A DNA stretch of 61,756 nucleotides, filler included, from Circinaria calcarea (lineage: Eukaryota), in the NCBI GenBank assembly GCA_051942165.1. It is 4 parts of 4 records of this genome, joined end to end, with 100 filler letters (N's around TTAATTAATTAA, not from the genome) between each part and the next. Parts side by side here need not be neighbours in the genome. Positions count along the whole stretch, not along the records: positions 46,410 to 61,756 come from JAVECS010000369.1; 3 more parts are not named here. One strand, written 5' to 3'. Below the pieces are notes generated by a model. That model had not been told where the DNA came from, ran no database searches, and saw nothing but the letters and a program-made list of their open reading frames with translations. Made by a program: the position numbers and the translations under genes. Shown piece by piece: positions 60,860 to 61,756 of this stretch (position 1 is its first letter; every line of letters begins with the position of its first letter).

Positions 60860-61756
60860 ATATAATGAATCAGATATATATAGATCAGGTGTATTGGGTG
60901 ATACCGGCTCCTGTCTACTCGGTCTGGTCATATAGCTATTTATAGCTCGTTACTGTTTTTTCTTGGGTATTTTCCTACCGCCTTATTTTATAATACTTTA
61001 CGATTTTCTGCCCGGATTCCTGGATATTTTAGATTTCTCTCTTTTAGGCCGAAGTCTATCCGATCAAATTAATTTTCGGGCTATGATATCTATATCAGAC
61101 TCTCGAGACCGTAAATACGATTTCTTTAACGGTTTATTAAAGATATATAATAAGTTCTTTGATTTAGAGGTCAGATTTAATCTAAATACGCCTAAATAAG
61201 TTTTCTAATCGATTATATCCATTATTATCACACTTGATTATTCTTTTATAGGTAATATTTTCTTTTTATCTAATATAAAATTAATGCTTTTATTTTCTAT
61301 AGAAATAGAAAATAAATATCGGGCCGTTTAGCTCACGTTTTTTTTATTTTTATAAATCGAATTTTTTTTAATTATTAAATTTGAGCTATTTATTTTAATC
61401 GCCTCTTTTAAGCTAATATATAAATTTAATAATAATAAAATTCGGGGACCATCTGTATAAGATTTATTATATTTCGATTTCTTTTAATAAATAATTCTTA
61501 TTATTATTTCGTTTTCTATTTCTTCTGGCTCAAGAAAATTATAATTTTATTACACGAGGTCTAATTTATCTAGTAAAAACTATAGAAAGAATATATTTAA
61601 TATAATAGGTTCGCGATCAGCGTTAAATACCATTTCTTTTTAATATATAATTTTAATAAAATTCCTTTTTTTATATTCTTTCGAATTTTGATATTTTATA
61701 TTCAGTGCTTTTAATTTATTCTTTAAATATTATAATTTATTTACGCTGTATAGCTT
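60860..61756. other. Strongly AT-rich, RIP-degraded relic of unidentified origin
   Basis: Abrupt rise in A+T with TpA excess, CpA/TpG scarcity and surviving CpG islands (by eye); stop-rich in all frames. Confidence 0.6.

Overview
This is eukaryotic DNA from a filamentous ascomycete (Pezizomycotina-type short GT-AG introns with CTRAY-like branch sites, and signs of repeat-induced point mutation, RIP). It is not one locus: four contigs of descending length (15400, 15361, 15348, 15347 bp) are joined by an artificial 100-nt linker (44 N + TTAATTAATTAA + 44 N), so adjacency across linkers means nothing. Contig 1 (1-15400): spliced hypothetical genes, a ~1309-aa protein with two tandem APH/choline-kinase-like domains, and a small orphan gene family (one intact 3-exon gene and two decayed copies). 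Contig 2 (15501-30861): a transposon graveyard with a stop-riddled Crinkler-like NTPase + PD-(D/E)xK nuclease pseudogene, two MITEs, a (GCCAGT)n tract and two Mutator (MULE) transposase relics. Contig 3 (30962-46309): a housekeeping block (CTK1-type CDK, F-box-like protein, GTP cyclohydrolase I, HAT2/RbAp48 WD40), then a Tc1/mariner-type MITE, a LINE 3' relic and the 5' start of XRN1. Contig 4 (46410-61756): an accessory region with a Crypton relic, an intact head-to-head pair (FHA-kinase + unknown protein), a MITE, a Helitron fragment, a 70-bp hairpin, a RIP-killed DUF3435 (Starship captain-like) tyrosine recombinase and downstream cargo-like genes. Family assignments come from motif recognition by eye, not database searches.
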